Shown here: positions 1-8,950 of the stretch, piece by piece
Position numbering within the stretch: position 1 is the first letter of the stretch
Layout of the letters: each line of letters starts with the position of its first letter
Source of the DNA: Candidatus Delongbacteria bacterium
GTDB lineage: Bacteria > CAIWAD01
DNA length: 64,000 bases
Direction: 5' to 3'
Assembly (NCBI GenBank): GCA_963663545.1
Contig: OY760505.1
Coordinates: 1 to 64,000, forward strand
Made by a program: the position numbers and the translations under genes
The notes under the pieces: generated by a model
Told to the model about the DNA's origin: nothing
Databases searched by the model: none
The model's input: the letters and a program-made list of their open reading frames with translations, nothing else

Positions 1-42
1 TTGTCCTGTCGATTTAGGGAGTTGAAATTGCGAGGCCTAGTT

Positions 43-90
43 CCGATTTCGACTCCGAAATCGATACCGATACCGATACCGATACCGATG
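43..90. repeat. Degenerate hexamer tandem array (YCGANN x8) containing a small hairpin
   Basis: Units ccgatt tcgact ccgaaa tcgata ccgata ccgata ccgata ccgatg; CGATTTCG-ACTC-CGAAATCG inverted repeat at 44-63. Confidence 0.85.
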
Positions 91-102
91 AAGAGGAAGA
101 GG

Positions 103-591
103 ATGAACAGCACCACCGGCGAGCAGCTGCGCGAGACGGGGATTGTAATTGCCGTGATACCCGCCGAGGGAAAGGACCCCGCGCGCGCACGCGTGCACCT
201 GGAAGTGGGCGATCACTGCGAACACTGCGCGGCCAAGATCCTCTGCAAGCCGGAAGATGGCGAGCGCCGTGTGCTGGAGTGCATCGACACCATCGGCGTG
301 CAGGTAGGCCAGCGCGTGCAGGTGATGGTGCCTGGCAATGAAGTGCTCAAGGCCAGCGCGCTGGTCTGGGGAATGCCGCTGCTGCTGCTGATAGTTGGAA
401 TCAGTCTTGGATGGCTGCTCTTGCCGGCCAAGGTGCCTGGCAAAGAACTTTGGTGCTTCCTGCTGGGCTTCGCGCTTTCGCTGGGCAGCCTGTTTGTGTT
501 ACGTAGCAGTCAACAGCGCAAAGGGGATGCCTCGACGCTACACGCCGACAGTCTGCTGAAGCCGCAGATCGTGGGGATCGTGGGGGAGTGA
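103..591 (+). CDS. RseC/MucC (SoxR-reducing system) family membrane protein
   Basis: RETGIVI...CEHCAAKILC motif, GQRVQV, two C-terminal TM helices; ATG at 103 after purine-rich GAGGAAGAGG (ORF-track N-terminal extension is the hexamer repeat). Confidence 0.75.
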   Translation: MNSTTGEQLRETGIVIAVIPAEGKDPARARVHLEVGDHCEHCAAKILCKPEDGERRVLECIDTIGVQVGQRVQVMVPGNEVLKASALVWGMPLLLLIVGISLGWLLLPAKVPGKELWCFLLGFALSLGSLFVLRSSQQRKGDASTLHADSLLKPQIVGIVGE

Positions 592-624
592 CCGGACAAA
601 CACGTGCACACAGGGGAGGGCATC

Positions 625-1078
625 ATGTACACATTCAAGTGGCTGCTGGCGGGCATCTTGCTGTCGCTGCTGGGCTCGGGCTGCATCAACACGGGTTGTT
701 ACCGGACAGGGCGATCCCTCGCACCCGGTGCCTTTGAGGCGGGCCTGAACATGACTCCCTACGTTGTATAGCTTGATTGCCAGCTCAAAACTGGGTCGAT
801 TGGAGCCCTACGCTTTTGCCACTTACTTTCGCGGCAGGGATCTGTTTACCGAAAAGGAGTCGCTGAACGATACCGCTCGCAATCACGCGCGGGCGTTTGG
901 GGGTGGCGTACGGATTGAATTGGGCAGGGGGCTTGCACTCTATCCTGAATATCGGGTCCTGCACTTTCAGGAGAGCAATGGCCCCAGAGCCCGAGCCCAT
1001 TTCGTCGGACTCGCGTTCAGTGGTGAAGTGAAGAACATCCTCCGCTACCTCGGCTTTCTGAAACACGACTCTCGTTGA
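625..1078 (+). pseudogene. Split lipoprotein / outer-membrane protein gene
   Basis: RBS GGGGAGG, ATG 625, signal peptide with lipobox (LLSLLGSG-C), TAG at 769-771; beta-strand-like C-terminal part continues in another frame (764..1078). Confidence 0.55.
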
Positions 1079-1178
1079 CCTCTCTCCTGCCCCTCTCTTT
1101 CTCGTGGATTCGTGACACAACACTGGCTACCTTCGTGTTGACACACGGATCACGGAAACAAGGATGCCAGGAAATCGG

Positions 1179-1280
1179 ATGCACATCAAATCCAGGTTTC
1201 AGCTGTTGGCGTCGGGCGCTTTGGGACTGCTGCTCTGCGGCTGCCGTTTTTTGCTTAAGGGCTCCTGGATGCCGGAGTAG
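1179..1280 (+). pseudogene. Orphan lipoprotein signal peptide (33 aa), likely a gene remnant
   Basis: MHIKSRFQLLASGALGLLLCG-CRFLLKGSWMPE*; basic n-region, hydrophobic h-region, lipobox, then stop. Confidence 0.35.
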
Positions 1281-1380
1281 ACTGTGTCACAAGAACAGCT
1301 TGGATCAGAGTCGCAATGATGCTAGTCTGAGAGCGCGAAGAGGAATCCGCATTCACAGGCGCAAAGGGGAGTGGGTCAGC

Positions 1381-3882
1381 ATGGGGTGCCTTCCACGGAA
1401 TACGCTTTGGTTACTACTGACAAGCTTGGGCCTGTTATTCCGTTGTCACGTGATACACGCCTTCGAGTTTGGAGATGAGATTGCGATTTCCGGCCAGCTG
1501 CAGGCACCGGGATTCTTGTGTCACGCCGATCTGGATGGGGATGGAGATGCGGACTTGCTCTGCACTTCAGGCTTGGACAACAAAGTGCTTTGGTACCCGT
1601 TTGAGGATGGTGATTATGCTTCACCGTGCGTTGTCAGTTCACAGATTGCCTATCCCACCAGCGCAGTTGCGGTCGATGTGGATCAGGATGGAGATCTGGA
1701 TTTGCTGGCTACTGCAGCCGGGAGCGGTGAGCTTGTGTTTTGTGAGGCCTTGGGTGGCGGTAGCTTTCTGGCACCGCGACCGCTTCTGCAGGGATTAGGC
1801 TGGCCGCGAGCGTTGCTCTGCGAGGATCTGGATGGCGACGAACACCTCGATGTGGCACTGACTTGCGCTGACGATGACCAGGTGCTGTGGTGTTCGCTAC
1901 GTCAGGATACACTGCTTTGTAACACACCAATTGTGATTGACGATAACTTGTATTCGGCCTGGAGTTTGGCGGCTGGCGACATCGATAACGACGGCGATCT
2001 GGATTTGCTGGCGGGTGGTATGCTTGATGATTGTGTGCGCTGGTATCGCAACGAAGACGGCGCGGGTTGTTACTCCCTGGCACAGCAACTCACCAACGAA
2101 GCCCACGGGCTACGCTCCGTGGCTCTGGCTGATCTGGACGGCGACAGCGATCTGGATGCGCTTTACGCTTCCGCGTGGGACGGCAGTGTGGCCTGGTTTC
2201 GCAACGCGGATTTCGCCGGACACTTTGGTGTGTGTCACATTCTGTCGGCACAGCTGCAGGGCGCCAGCATCGTTAAGCCGGTGGATCTTGATGCTGACAA
2301 TGACCTTGACCTGCTGGTAGCCGTCGCTGATACGGGTGCGGTCGTTGCGCTTGTGAACACAAACGGCCAAGCCACTTTCGCGGCTCCGCGCGTGCTGATG
2401 AATGACATTGTCGGCGTGCGCGCCATTGCGAACTACGATTGGAATAGCGACGGACTACCCGACTTTGCCGCTGTCTCTGAAGAGACGGGGCGGCTGCAAT
2501 GGACAACTGCACTGGGCAATCTGACCTACGATACTCCTCTGCGCATCGACACGAACCTGCTCGAACCAAGAAGAGTGTTGGCGGCTGATCTGGACGGTGA
2601 TACAGATGTGGATCTGCTGGCCAGTTTTGCCGGTGAAGGTGCCCTGGCCTGGTTTGAGAACGATGGCGCTGGTGCGTTTTCAACAGCGCAGATCATCGCT
2701 ACGCAACTCGATTCCGCTTTGGCAATCGATGTCTTTGACGTTGATGGAGATCAGTATCCGGATGTGATCGTCGGAGCCGCAGGCGCAGGCAGGGTCAATT
2801 GGTATCGCAACACAGAGGGACACGGCGCTTTTTCGACCGCAATCTGTCTGTGTGATACAGCACCGGGTGTGTGCTTTCTGGATCACGCGGATATCGATGG
2901 TGACGGGTATCAGGAACTGGCCCTGGCCTGCTATGCGGACAGCAGTGTGCGTATTGTGGACAACGAAGCCGGGACCTTCGCTTCGGTCGTGTATCACCTC
3001 GTCGGGATACCGAAGGTGAGCTGCGTACGTTTTGACGATCTGGATCAGGACGGCGATCAGGATCTAGCTGTTGGACGGCACGGGAGCTACACTTGCTGCG
3101 TGTTCAATGAGGAGGGTCTGGGTGGCTTCAGTGAGCTGACGCAGATCGCTTCCACGCATTGTAGCACCACGAGCATTGCCCTTTGTGATATTAACGGCGA
3201 TGGCATCAGCGATCTCTTGCGTGTCACAGATTACGCCGGTGCTGTTTTGTATCACGCGGGCAGTGGGGAGGGCCAGTTTGGTCCCGAGACCCTCCTCGAT
3301 CGCTTTGCGTTCGATCACCATGGCATCTGTCTGCTGGATGCGGACAGCGATGGCGATCTGGATCTGATAACGCCCTCGTATCACGAAGACTACAGTTTCC
3401 AGCAAGGCGGTGGTCTGGACTATTTTGAGTACCTGGGTCCAGCTGAGTTCGCGGAACCCCAGCGACTGCAAGCGTGCCTGCATGCGCCAACGTGTGTGGT
3501 TAGTGCTGATTTCAATGGCGATGGATTGCCGGACATTGCTGCTTGTTCCCGCGGTGACAGCAAGGTCGTTGTGTATCCGGGATTGGCCGAAAGCGAATTG
3601 CCTCATGCGTCGACGAAGCCGCAAGCTCTTGGCCTGCGCGCTTTTCCGAACCCCTTTAATCCTGTGACACGTATCGAGCTCGAATTGGCAGCGGGAGGAC
3701 CCAGCTGCATTCGTCTGCACGATCTGCTTGGGCGGCGCGTGATGCATGTGCATCAGGGCTATCTACGTGCGGGTCGGCACGAATTCCTGCTGGATGGCAG
3801 TGAGTTGTCCAGCGGTTTGTATTTCGTAGCAGCGCGAGTTGGTGATACACAGCAGGTGTTGCGTGTGAGTTTGCTGAAGTAG
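1381..3882 (+). CDS. Secreted FG-GAP/VCBS repeat beta-propeller protein with C-terminal secretion/sorting domain
   Basis: Many DxDGDGDxDL repeats; signal peptide after ATG 1381 (RBS AAGGGGAG); C-terminus AFPNPFNPVT...LSSGLYFV. Confidence 0.85.
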   Translation: MGCLPRNTLWLLLTSLGLLFRCHVIHAFEFGDEIAISGQLQAPGFLCHADLDGDGDADLLCTSGLDNKVLWYPFEDGDYASPCVVSSQIAYPTSAVAVDVDQDGDLDLLATAAGSGELVFCEALGGGSFLAPRPLLQGLGWPRALLCEDLDGDEHLDVALTCADDDQVLWCSLRQDTLLCNTPIVIDDNLYSAWSLAAGDIDNDGDLDLLAGGMLDDCVRWYRNEDGAGCYSLAQQLTNEAHGLRSVALADLDGDSDLDALYASAWDGSVAWFRNADFAGHFGVCHILSAQLQGASIVKPVDLDADNDLDLLVAVADTGAVVALVNTNGQATFAAPRVLMNDIVGVRAIANYDWNSDGLPDFAAVSEETGRLQWTTALGNLTYDTPLRIDTNLLEPRRVLAADLDGDTDVDLLASFAGEGALAWFENDGAGAFSTAQIIATQLDSALAIDVFDVDGDQYPDVIVGAAGAGRVNWYRNTEGHGAFSTAICLCDTAPGVCFLDHADIDGDGYQELALACYADSSVRIVDNEAGTFASVVYHLVGIPKVSCVRFDDLDQDGDQDLAVGRHGSYTCCVFNEEGLGGFSELTQIASTHCSTTSIALCDINGDGISDLLRVTDYAGAVLYHAGSGEGQFGPETLLDRFAFDHHGICLLDADSDGDLDLITPSYHEDYSFQQGGGLDYFEYLGPAEFAEPQRLQACLHAPTCVVSADFNGDGLPDIAACSRGDSKVVVYPGLAESELPHASTKPQALGLRAFPNPFNPVTRIELELAAGGPSCIRLHDLLGRRVMHVHQGYLRAGRHEFLLDGSELSSGLYFVAARVGDTQQVLRVSLLK

Positions 3883-3919
3883 TCCGAGAAGAAAATGCAC
3901 AAGCTTGTAGGTGGACAGC

Positions 3920-4522
3920 ATGAATCGTAGCCTCCTTTGCTGTTTGGTCTGGCTGGCGCTGGCGCTGGCGCTGGCGATGCGTTGTTTTGCTGCGGAAGCA
4001 CAGTATGCTCAACTAGCGATGGATCAGAATCTGCAGCAATCGCCGAAAGCCAAGCGCTCGCTGCGGCTTCAGGCTGGCCTTGGTGGTAGCAACATCGGCT
4101 TTGGCACCAGCCTGGGCGTGCAGATTCCACTGTGGCAACGAGATTTTTTACACATCGCGGTAACTTCCGATCGAGAGGTCCAATTCTTGAGTGGGCTTTT
4201 TGGTGGCCCCGAGAAGCCCGATGATCGTGCCTATGGCTTTCAAGTCTATTATGGCAAAGAGCTGCGCTCCTCGATTTTACATCTGCAGGCGGCACTGGGA
4301 GGTGGAGTACTCACTGTCCAGCGCTATGAGCAAGTTGATCCGCATGATTCATGGCAAGGCTACTATCAGTCCCAGAATGAGTCAGCCTCCTGTTTTGCCA
4401 CCCAGGTGCAGGGAGGGATTTTCATCCTACCCATGCTGGAACTGTTCACCCAGGGGGAGTGGCTGGTCACGCCTGATACAAATCTGTTTCGGGTGAGCTT
4501 CATGATTGGATTCGGGTTCTGA
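3920..4522 (+). CDS. Putative small outer-membrane beta-barrel protein
   Basis: Signal peptide, amphipathic strands, C-terminal Phe (MIGFGF). Confidence 0.65.
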   Translation: MNRSLLCCLVWLALALALAMRCFAAEAQYAQLAMDQNLQQSPKAKRSLRLQAGLGGSNIGFGTSLGVQIPLWQRDFLHIAVTSDREVQFLSGLFGGPEKPDDRAYGFQVYYGKELRSSILHLQAALGGGVLTVQRYEQVDPHDSWQGYYQSQNESASCFATQVQGGIFILPMLELFTQGEWLVTPDTNLFRVSFMIGFGF

Positions 4523-4536
4523 TTTGTGCCAGCTAC

Positions 4537-5145
4537 GTGACACACATCTTCTTCGGGAGGGACCGTAAGCAAAGTCTTAGGCTGTTGGGAGTATCGCTTC
4601 TATTCGTGACGACGCTCTCCAGTTTGGCCCTGGATCAGGAGCCGCAGCAGCGGAGAAAGGACAGCGAGTTGAGTTCGCGCTCGGCGCGTACGCAGTTTGG
4701 TGTTGGCAGAAGCCATTTGGGATCCAGTTTTGCCGGCTCCCTGCAGATTCCACTTCGCAGCGCAGACTTCCTACGATTTGAGTTTAGCCATGATCGCAAA
4801 ACCCAGCTTCTTAGTGGTCTGTTTGGCAGTCCGGAGAAACCGGACGACTATGCCTGAGAATTACTGCTGTGCTACGGAAGAGAGAGGCGACAGTCCATAT
4901 TGCACCTGCAGACCTCGCTTGGCGGAGGAGTCAAGTACCTCAAACGCTGGGCGTGGGTGGATTCGGACAATCACTGGCAAGGATACGCGAACTCGGTTGA
5001 GGGCTTCAGGCCTTGTGTCACACTGCAGGCCCAGACGGGATTGTTCATTCTGCCTACGTGGGAACATTCTCTTCAAGGGCAGTGGGAGGTTAGTTCCTGG
5101 GGTGATGTTTCTCGCGTTCTTGTAATGATTGGAACCGGGTACTAA
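4537..5145 (+). pseudogene. Tandem paralog of 3920..4522 interrupted by one in-frame TGA (4855-4857)
   Basis: Shares LSGLFGxPEKPDD, SILHLQxxLGGGV, WQGY, FILP and MIGxG[FY] with its neighbour; ORFs 4537..4857 and 4900..5145 are in the same frame. Confidence 0.8.
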
Positions 5146-5212
5146 TTGCCGCTCCTGCACACAATGCGTTCTTGGAAAGTGTCCAATTTCGCAGTGTTCA
5201 AAGCTCGAGGTG

Positions 5213-5256
5213 TCTGACCCCCACCTGGCACCCCTCTGACCCCCTCCTGACACGGG
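5213..5256. repeat. Four 11-bp-period degenerate repeats (YCTGRCMCCCN), REP-like
   Basis: TCTGACCCCCA / CCTGGCACCCC / TCTGACCCCCT / CCTGACACGGG between convergent genes. Confidence 0.65.
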
Positions 5257-5688
5257 TCAGAGCTTTTCCCAGCTGGCAACAGGTCCTTCGATGACAACAA
5301 AGAGCTGATGCGCAAGCGGAGTGCTTCCCGCGACATACTTCGCAAATCGCGCTGGATCACGAGTTTCCAGCTTGTTCAGCAAATGCCGCCATTCGTAGTC
5401 CAGTTGCCCCTGTGTCACGCTCAGGATCTCGACCGTCTCACGAAAGGGCAGGATGCGAGTGCGATCGAAGTTGTAGCCGCGCGCATCAGCCTCCTGCTGC
5501 ACGAAGCTCAAGTAGCGTGACACATTGCCCAGCGGATCAGCGCTTTCGCGAAAGCGCTTCAGCTGTGGGTGGTGTGTGTAACCTTTTGTCTTTCCCGCCA
5601 GTACCGCCTGGGCCAGCAGGGTCTCACGCCAGAGGGCCACTAGTCCTTTGGCGTCCAGCAGCGAAGGATGCAGCGACCAGATTCGCAT
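5257..5688 (-). CDS. Pyrimidine-dimer DNA glycosylase / endonuclease V (DenV-like) family protein
   Basis: MRIWSLHPSLLDAKGLVALWRETLLAQAVL..KTKGYxHHPQLxRF...GPVASWEK; RBS GGGGAG. Confidence 0.85.
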   Translation of the reverse strand: MRIWSLHPSLLDAKGLVALWRETLLAQAVLAGKTKGYTHHPQLKRFRESADPLGNVSRYLSFVQQEADARGYNFDRTRILPFRETVEILSVTQGQLDYEWRHLLNKLETRDPARFAKYVAGSTPLAHQLFVVIEGPVASWEKL

Positions 5689-5714
5689 GAACCACTCCCC
5701 TTGATTCTTGATTC

Positions 5715-6767
5715 TCAGGGCCAGAGACCTAGCGCCTGAGGTGGATCCTGGAGAGAGTACGTGGCAAACAGTCTGTCGCCGCGGAGCTCGGCAAGTTGCA
5801 TGGCGTCCATGCAAGCGGCGAACACGCGCGGTGCATGGCTGGAAACTGTGTCACAGACAACATCCAGCACGCCGTGGGGAAGAGACGTGTAGCGCAGGTC
5901 CGACATAGTGCTGCCATCGTAGCTCAGAAGCAAGCCTTCTTCTTCTCCTTGATTCAGCCAGCCACCAGCGGCCACCCAGATGCGGTTTTCGGCATCGACG
6001 GATAGGCGTCCTGGTGATGTTGCCACCTGCAGTGTGTCACAAGACTCGAGATGCGCCGGATCCACCCGCAGCATGTAGCCGGGACTTGTGTAATCGCCGG
6101 TGACAGATATCTGCAATTTGCCTGCTCGGTCGAGCAACAAAAACTGCGGATTGAGACCCAGCTGCAGGCTATCGAGTCTCGCACCGCTGGTGGCGTCCTG
6201 GACAAGTAGCTGGCCTGTGCCATAGGCATAGTGCGCAAAGTCGTAGCCGCTGCAAATGGTGTACACACGATCGTCGATCACCTGCAAACCGGCCGGTGCG
6301 ACTCCGCAGGGGAAGGAGTTCCTCGCGCCCGTGTCCACGTCGACGAGACTGATACTTCCCGCCAGCAGATTACTCACCAGCAGATGCCCATCGGAGCGCC
6401 AACTGGCGAAGTAAGGGTTCAGTCCGGACTCCAGACCCAGGTCCACGCTGCGCACAACTCGCACACCGCTGCTGTCTCGAGCAAAGACCAGCAGCTCGGA
6501 GCTCAGGCTATGTAACACGAACAGCTCATCGCTGCGTACTCCCAGCCAGTTAGCCGCGTAGCCTAGCCCCAGGCTCCCCGACAACCATTGCTCCTCGTTC
6601 AGCTCTAGGCAACGCAGACTTTGCATCCCCGCCACTGCCAGTAGGGCACCGGTTCTGGGTTCAGCGATAGGCGCGAGGGCGTCGTCATCACAAGCACTCA
6701 GGCATAGCAGGAAGGATAAGCCCAGCAGCCATTGTGTTACAGCCTTGACTTGCATCCGATTTACCAT
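5715..6767 (-). CDS. Beta-propeller lipoprotein, BtuG/YncE-like B12-binding candidate
   Basis: Lipobox LSA-C, propeller blades (GLNP, GVAP); last gene of the B12 capture cluster; start 6767 or 6755. Confidence 0.65.
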   Translation of the reverse strand: MVNRMQVKAVTQWLLGLSFLLCLSACDDDALAPIAEPRTGALLAVAGMQSLRCLELNEEQWLSGSLGLGYAANWLGVRSDELFVLHSLSSELLVFARDSSGVRVVRSVDLGLESGLNPYFASWRSDGHLLVSNLLAGSISLVDVDTGARNSFPCGVAPAGLQVIDDRVYTICSGYDFAHYAYGTGQLLVQDATSGARLDSLQLGLNPQFLLLDRAGKLQISVTGDYTSPGYMLRVDPAHLESCDTLQVATSPGRLSVDAENRIWVAAGGWLNQGEEEGLLLSYDGSTMSDLRYTSLPHGVLDVVCDTVSSHAPRVFAACMDAMQLAELRGDRLFATYSLQDPPQALGLWP

Positions 6768-8950
6768 GAACAGCTTACACCCGCATTCCAGCTTCGGCCT
6801 GGCTGAGGCATTCCGGCCAGCAGTTCCCATTGTTCATCCAGCAGATTTTCCACTCCGAGGCTCAGCGTATAGCTGCGATTTGTGAGGTTCCACTCTTGCC
6901 GTAGAGTGAAGTCCAATACTCCGTAAGGGGCCATACCGCCGCTCTGACTACCCGGGTCCAGGTTGCTCTCACTGGTGTAGCGGCGTCCAGCGGCCGACCA
7001 CTCTACATTAAGTGCAGGTCCGGGGCTCTGCAGGTACAGCTTGGCGTGTTCGTACCACAAGGCAGCAAAGGGGAGCCGCTTCCCGAAGTAAGGAGAACCG
7101 GGACTTGTATTCAGCGCCTGCTGCCAACTGTGTGACACAGTGCATTCCACACTCCAGTCTTGTCCCAAGGGACGTGATACATGCACCTGGAGTTCAAGTC
7201 CACGCACACGCGCTCTGGCAAGATTGTCCGGGAAGTATTGCCCTAGGTAATTGCTGCGCCAGATGACCAGGTCGCTGCTGTTTCGCTGATAGGCTTTGGC
7301 GCCCACTTCGCATTTCGCACGATGGAAGCAGGGGCGCACCGAGGCTGCTGCCTCGCACATCAGACTGCGCTCTGGGCGAAGATCTGGATTGCCCCGTGCC
7401 AGCACGCTTTCGCTGAGGAAGCGGCTGTTGAAATCCGGCAGCGAGAAACCGCGTGAGACACCGCCCTCAAGATGATAGCTCCCATCTTGACCTCCCGTCC
7501 AGGCCAGGTGCAAGTCTGCCGAGTAACCCCGATCCTGTCTTGTGTGTGATACACTGCGGTCGCGAGACAGGGCTGCACCCGCCCCGGTGGTCATGGAGAA
7601 CCCGTGATTAGCGTTCACTTGTTGCCGCAGTTCCAGCGCCACCCGGTCGCGCAGCACCTTGCCGTCGAGCAGGTCGGCGTCCACGTCGGCACGCTCGTCC
7701 AGCGAACGAAAACTCTGGTGTTCTGCCTGCGCCTGCACTTGAGGCCGGAAACCCGCTGCCGGCAGCAGAGAGGCGAAACGCAGTCCCGATTGGTATTCGC
7801 GCAGACGAGTCGGCAGGTGATACACAATGCTTCCGGTCCACGGATTCCACTGCAAGGCCGGGTTGTCCAAGCCATGACGTGCACGCCAGTACTCGAATTG
7901 TTGGCGACGGCCCGCCCGGTCCAACCATGACACACGAGCTCGTCCCAGAAACCGCTGTTGGCTTGCTTCGGTGGCCGGTGGCAGGTACAAGGGGCTGGGC
8001 GATCCTGTCTGCAGCAGATCCGCCTGTAACAGCAGATTCAGATCACCTTTGGGGCTTGTGTGATCCAACTTGAGCAAAGCCTGCTCGCGTTGTGTGTCAT
8101 TGTTCAAGCGCTGTCGCTGCTCACCATTCTCGGCCAGATAACTGAAATCGTTGTCCGCTTGCGCGTGATGCAGCCAAAGTGCGCCCTGCAGCGAGCCCAC
8201 CTTTGTCGAGAGTCGTAATCCGGCACGATGTGCGTTCCAGGAGCCCGAGTGCAGAGTCAGCTCACCGCGCGCGCTGGTTGGGCTGGAGTAGAGGCGTATC
8301 ACGCCCCCGGCACCTGCTGCTGCACCTGGTCCAGCTTGAATCTCTACTCGTGACACAGATCCCGGTGGAAGCTGGTTCAGATCCGCGGCCTCACCTGCAG
8401 CCGTGGAAAGCGGGAGCCCGTCCAGCAACACTTGCACCTGATCGGGGCGACATCCGCGTAAACTGGCCACGGCGCGTCCCCGCGCATCACGACGCACTTC
8501 CACTCCAGGTAAGCGTTCCAGCGCCAATGCCAACGGCGTGGCACGATCTGCTGCCGATTCGAAAAGACTAAGACTGTACTGAGTCGCCGCCGTGCTTTCG
8601 CTATTTCCAACTACAACAAGTTCCGGTGCCAGAAGCGTGGCCGGTGTCAGCGCCAGATGCAATTCCTGTTGCTGATCAGCGGGGAGAGTTAGCTCTCTTT
8701 CGAGTGTCACATAGCCCAAATGCGTGACACGTAATAGACAATTTCCGTTGGCGGGCGTGTGTAACAGAAAGCGTCCCTGCGTATCACAGGCGCTTCCTTG
8801 ATCGAACTCGGGTAATCTCACATGGGCGCTCGGTAGCGGTAACTGGGTTTCTGCATCAATAACGACGCCGCGCAGTTGGGCGCCGAAGCCTTGTGCAACG
8901 AGCAGAAGCCAACACAACAGTGGCAGCATCAGACGCAGGTTTTGCTTCAT
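6761..8950 (-). CDS. TonB-dependent receptor, likely cobalamin (BtuB-like)
   Basis: N-terminal GxVxDAETxxPLP domain, plug (LPGV, LRG, VLLDG, VSRVEI), GNPDLRPE, VENLLD...PGR, terminal Trp; downstream of cobalamin riboswitch. Confidence 0.85.
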   Translation of the reverse strand: MKQNLRLMLPLLCWLLLVAQGFGAQLRGVVIDAETQLPLPSAHVRLPEFDQGSACDTQGRFLLHTPANGNCLLRVTHLGYVTLERELTLPADQQQELHLALTPATLLAPELVVVGNSESTAATQYSLSLFESAADRATPLALALERLPGVEVRRDARGRAVASLRGCRPDQVQVLLDGLPLSTAAGEAADLNQLPPGSVSRVEIQAGPGAAAGAGGVIRLYSSPTSARGELTLHSGSWNAHRAGLRLSTKVGSLQGALWLHHAQADNDFSYLAENGEQRQRLNNDTQREQALLKLDHTSPKGDLNLLLQADLLQTGSPSPLYLPPATEASQQRFLGRARVSWLDRAGRRQQFEYWRARHGLDNPALQWNPWTGSIVYHLPTRLREYQSGLRFASLLPAAGFRPQVQAQAEHQSFRSLDERADVDADLLDGKVLRDRVALELRQQVNANHGFSMTTGAGAALSRDRSVSHTRQDRGYSADLHLAWTGGQDGSYHLEGGVSRGFSLPDFNSRFLSESVLARGNPDLRPERSLMCEAAASVRPCFHRAKCEVGAKAYQRNSSDLVIWRSNYLGQYFPDNLARARVRGLELQVHVSRPLGQDWSVECTVSHSWQQALNTSPGSPYFGKRLPFAALWYEHAKLYLQSPGPALNVEWSAAGRRYTSESNLDPGSQSGGMAPYGVLDFTLRQEWNLTNRSYTLSLGVENLLDEQWELLAGMPQPGRSWNAGVSCSW

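Noticed and set aside
1075-1380. N-terminal 102-aa extension of the FG-GAP ORF (likewise extensions on clpC, cpoB, denV-like, DUF1848 and DUF2007 ORFs)
   Set aside because: Downstream starts fit better with RBS, signal peptide or family N-terminus.
3953-3976. (CTGGCG)4 repeat as a phase-variation tract
   Set aside because: An in-frame Leu-Ala repeat in a signal peptide; unit changes would not shift the frame.
4855-4900. Selenocysteine codon with SECIS
   Set aside because: The aligned paralog residue is Tyr rather than Cys, and the downstream hairpin is weak with a large loop.
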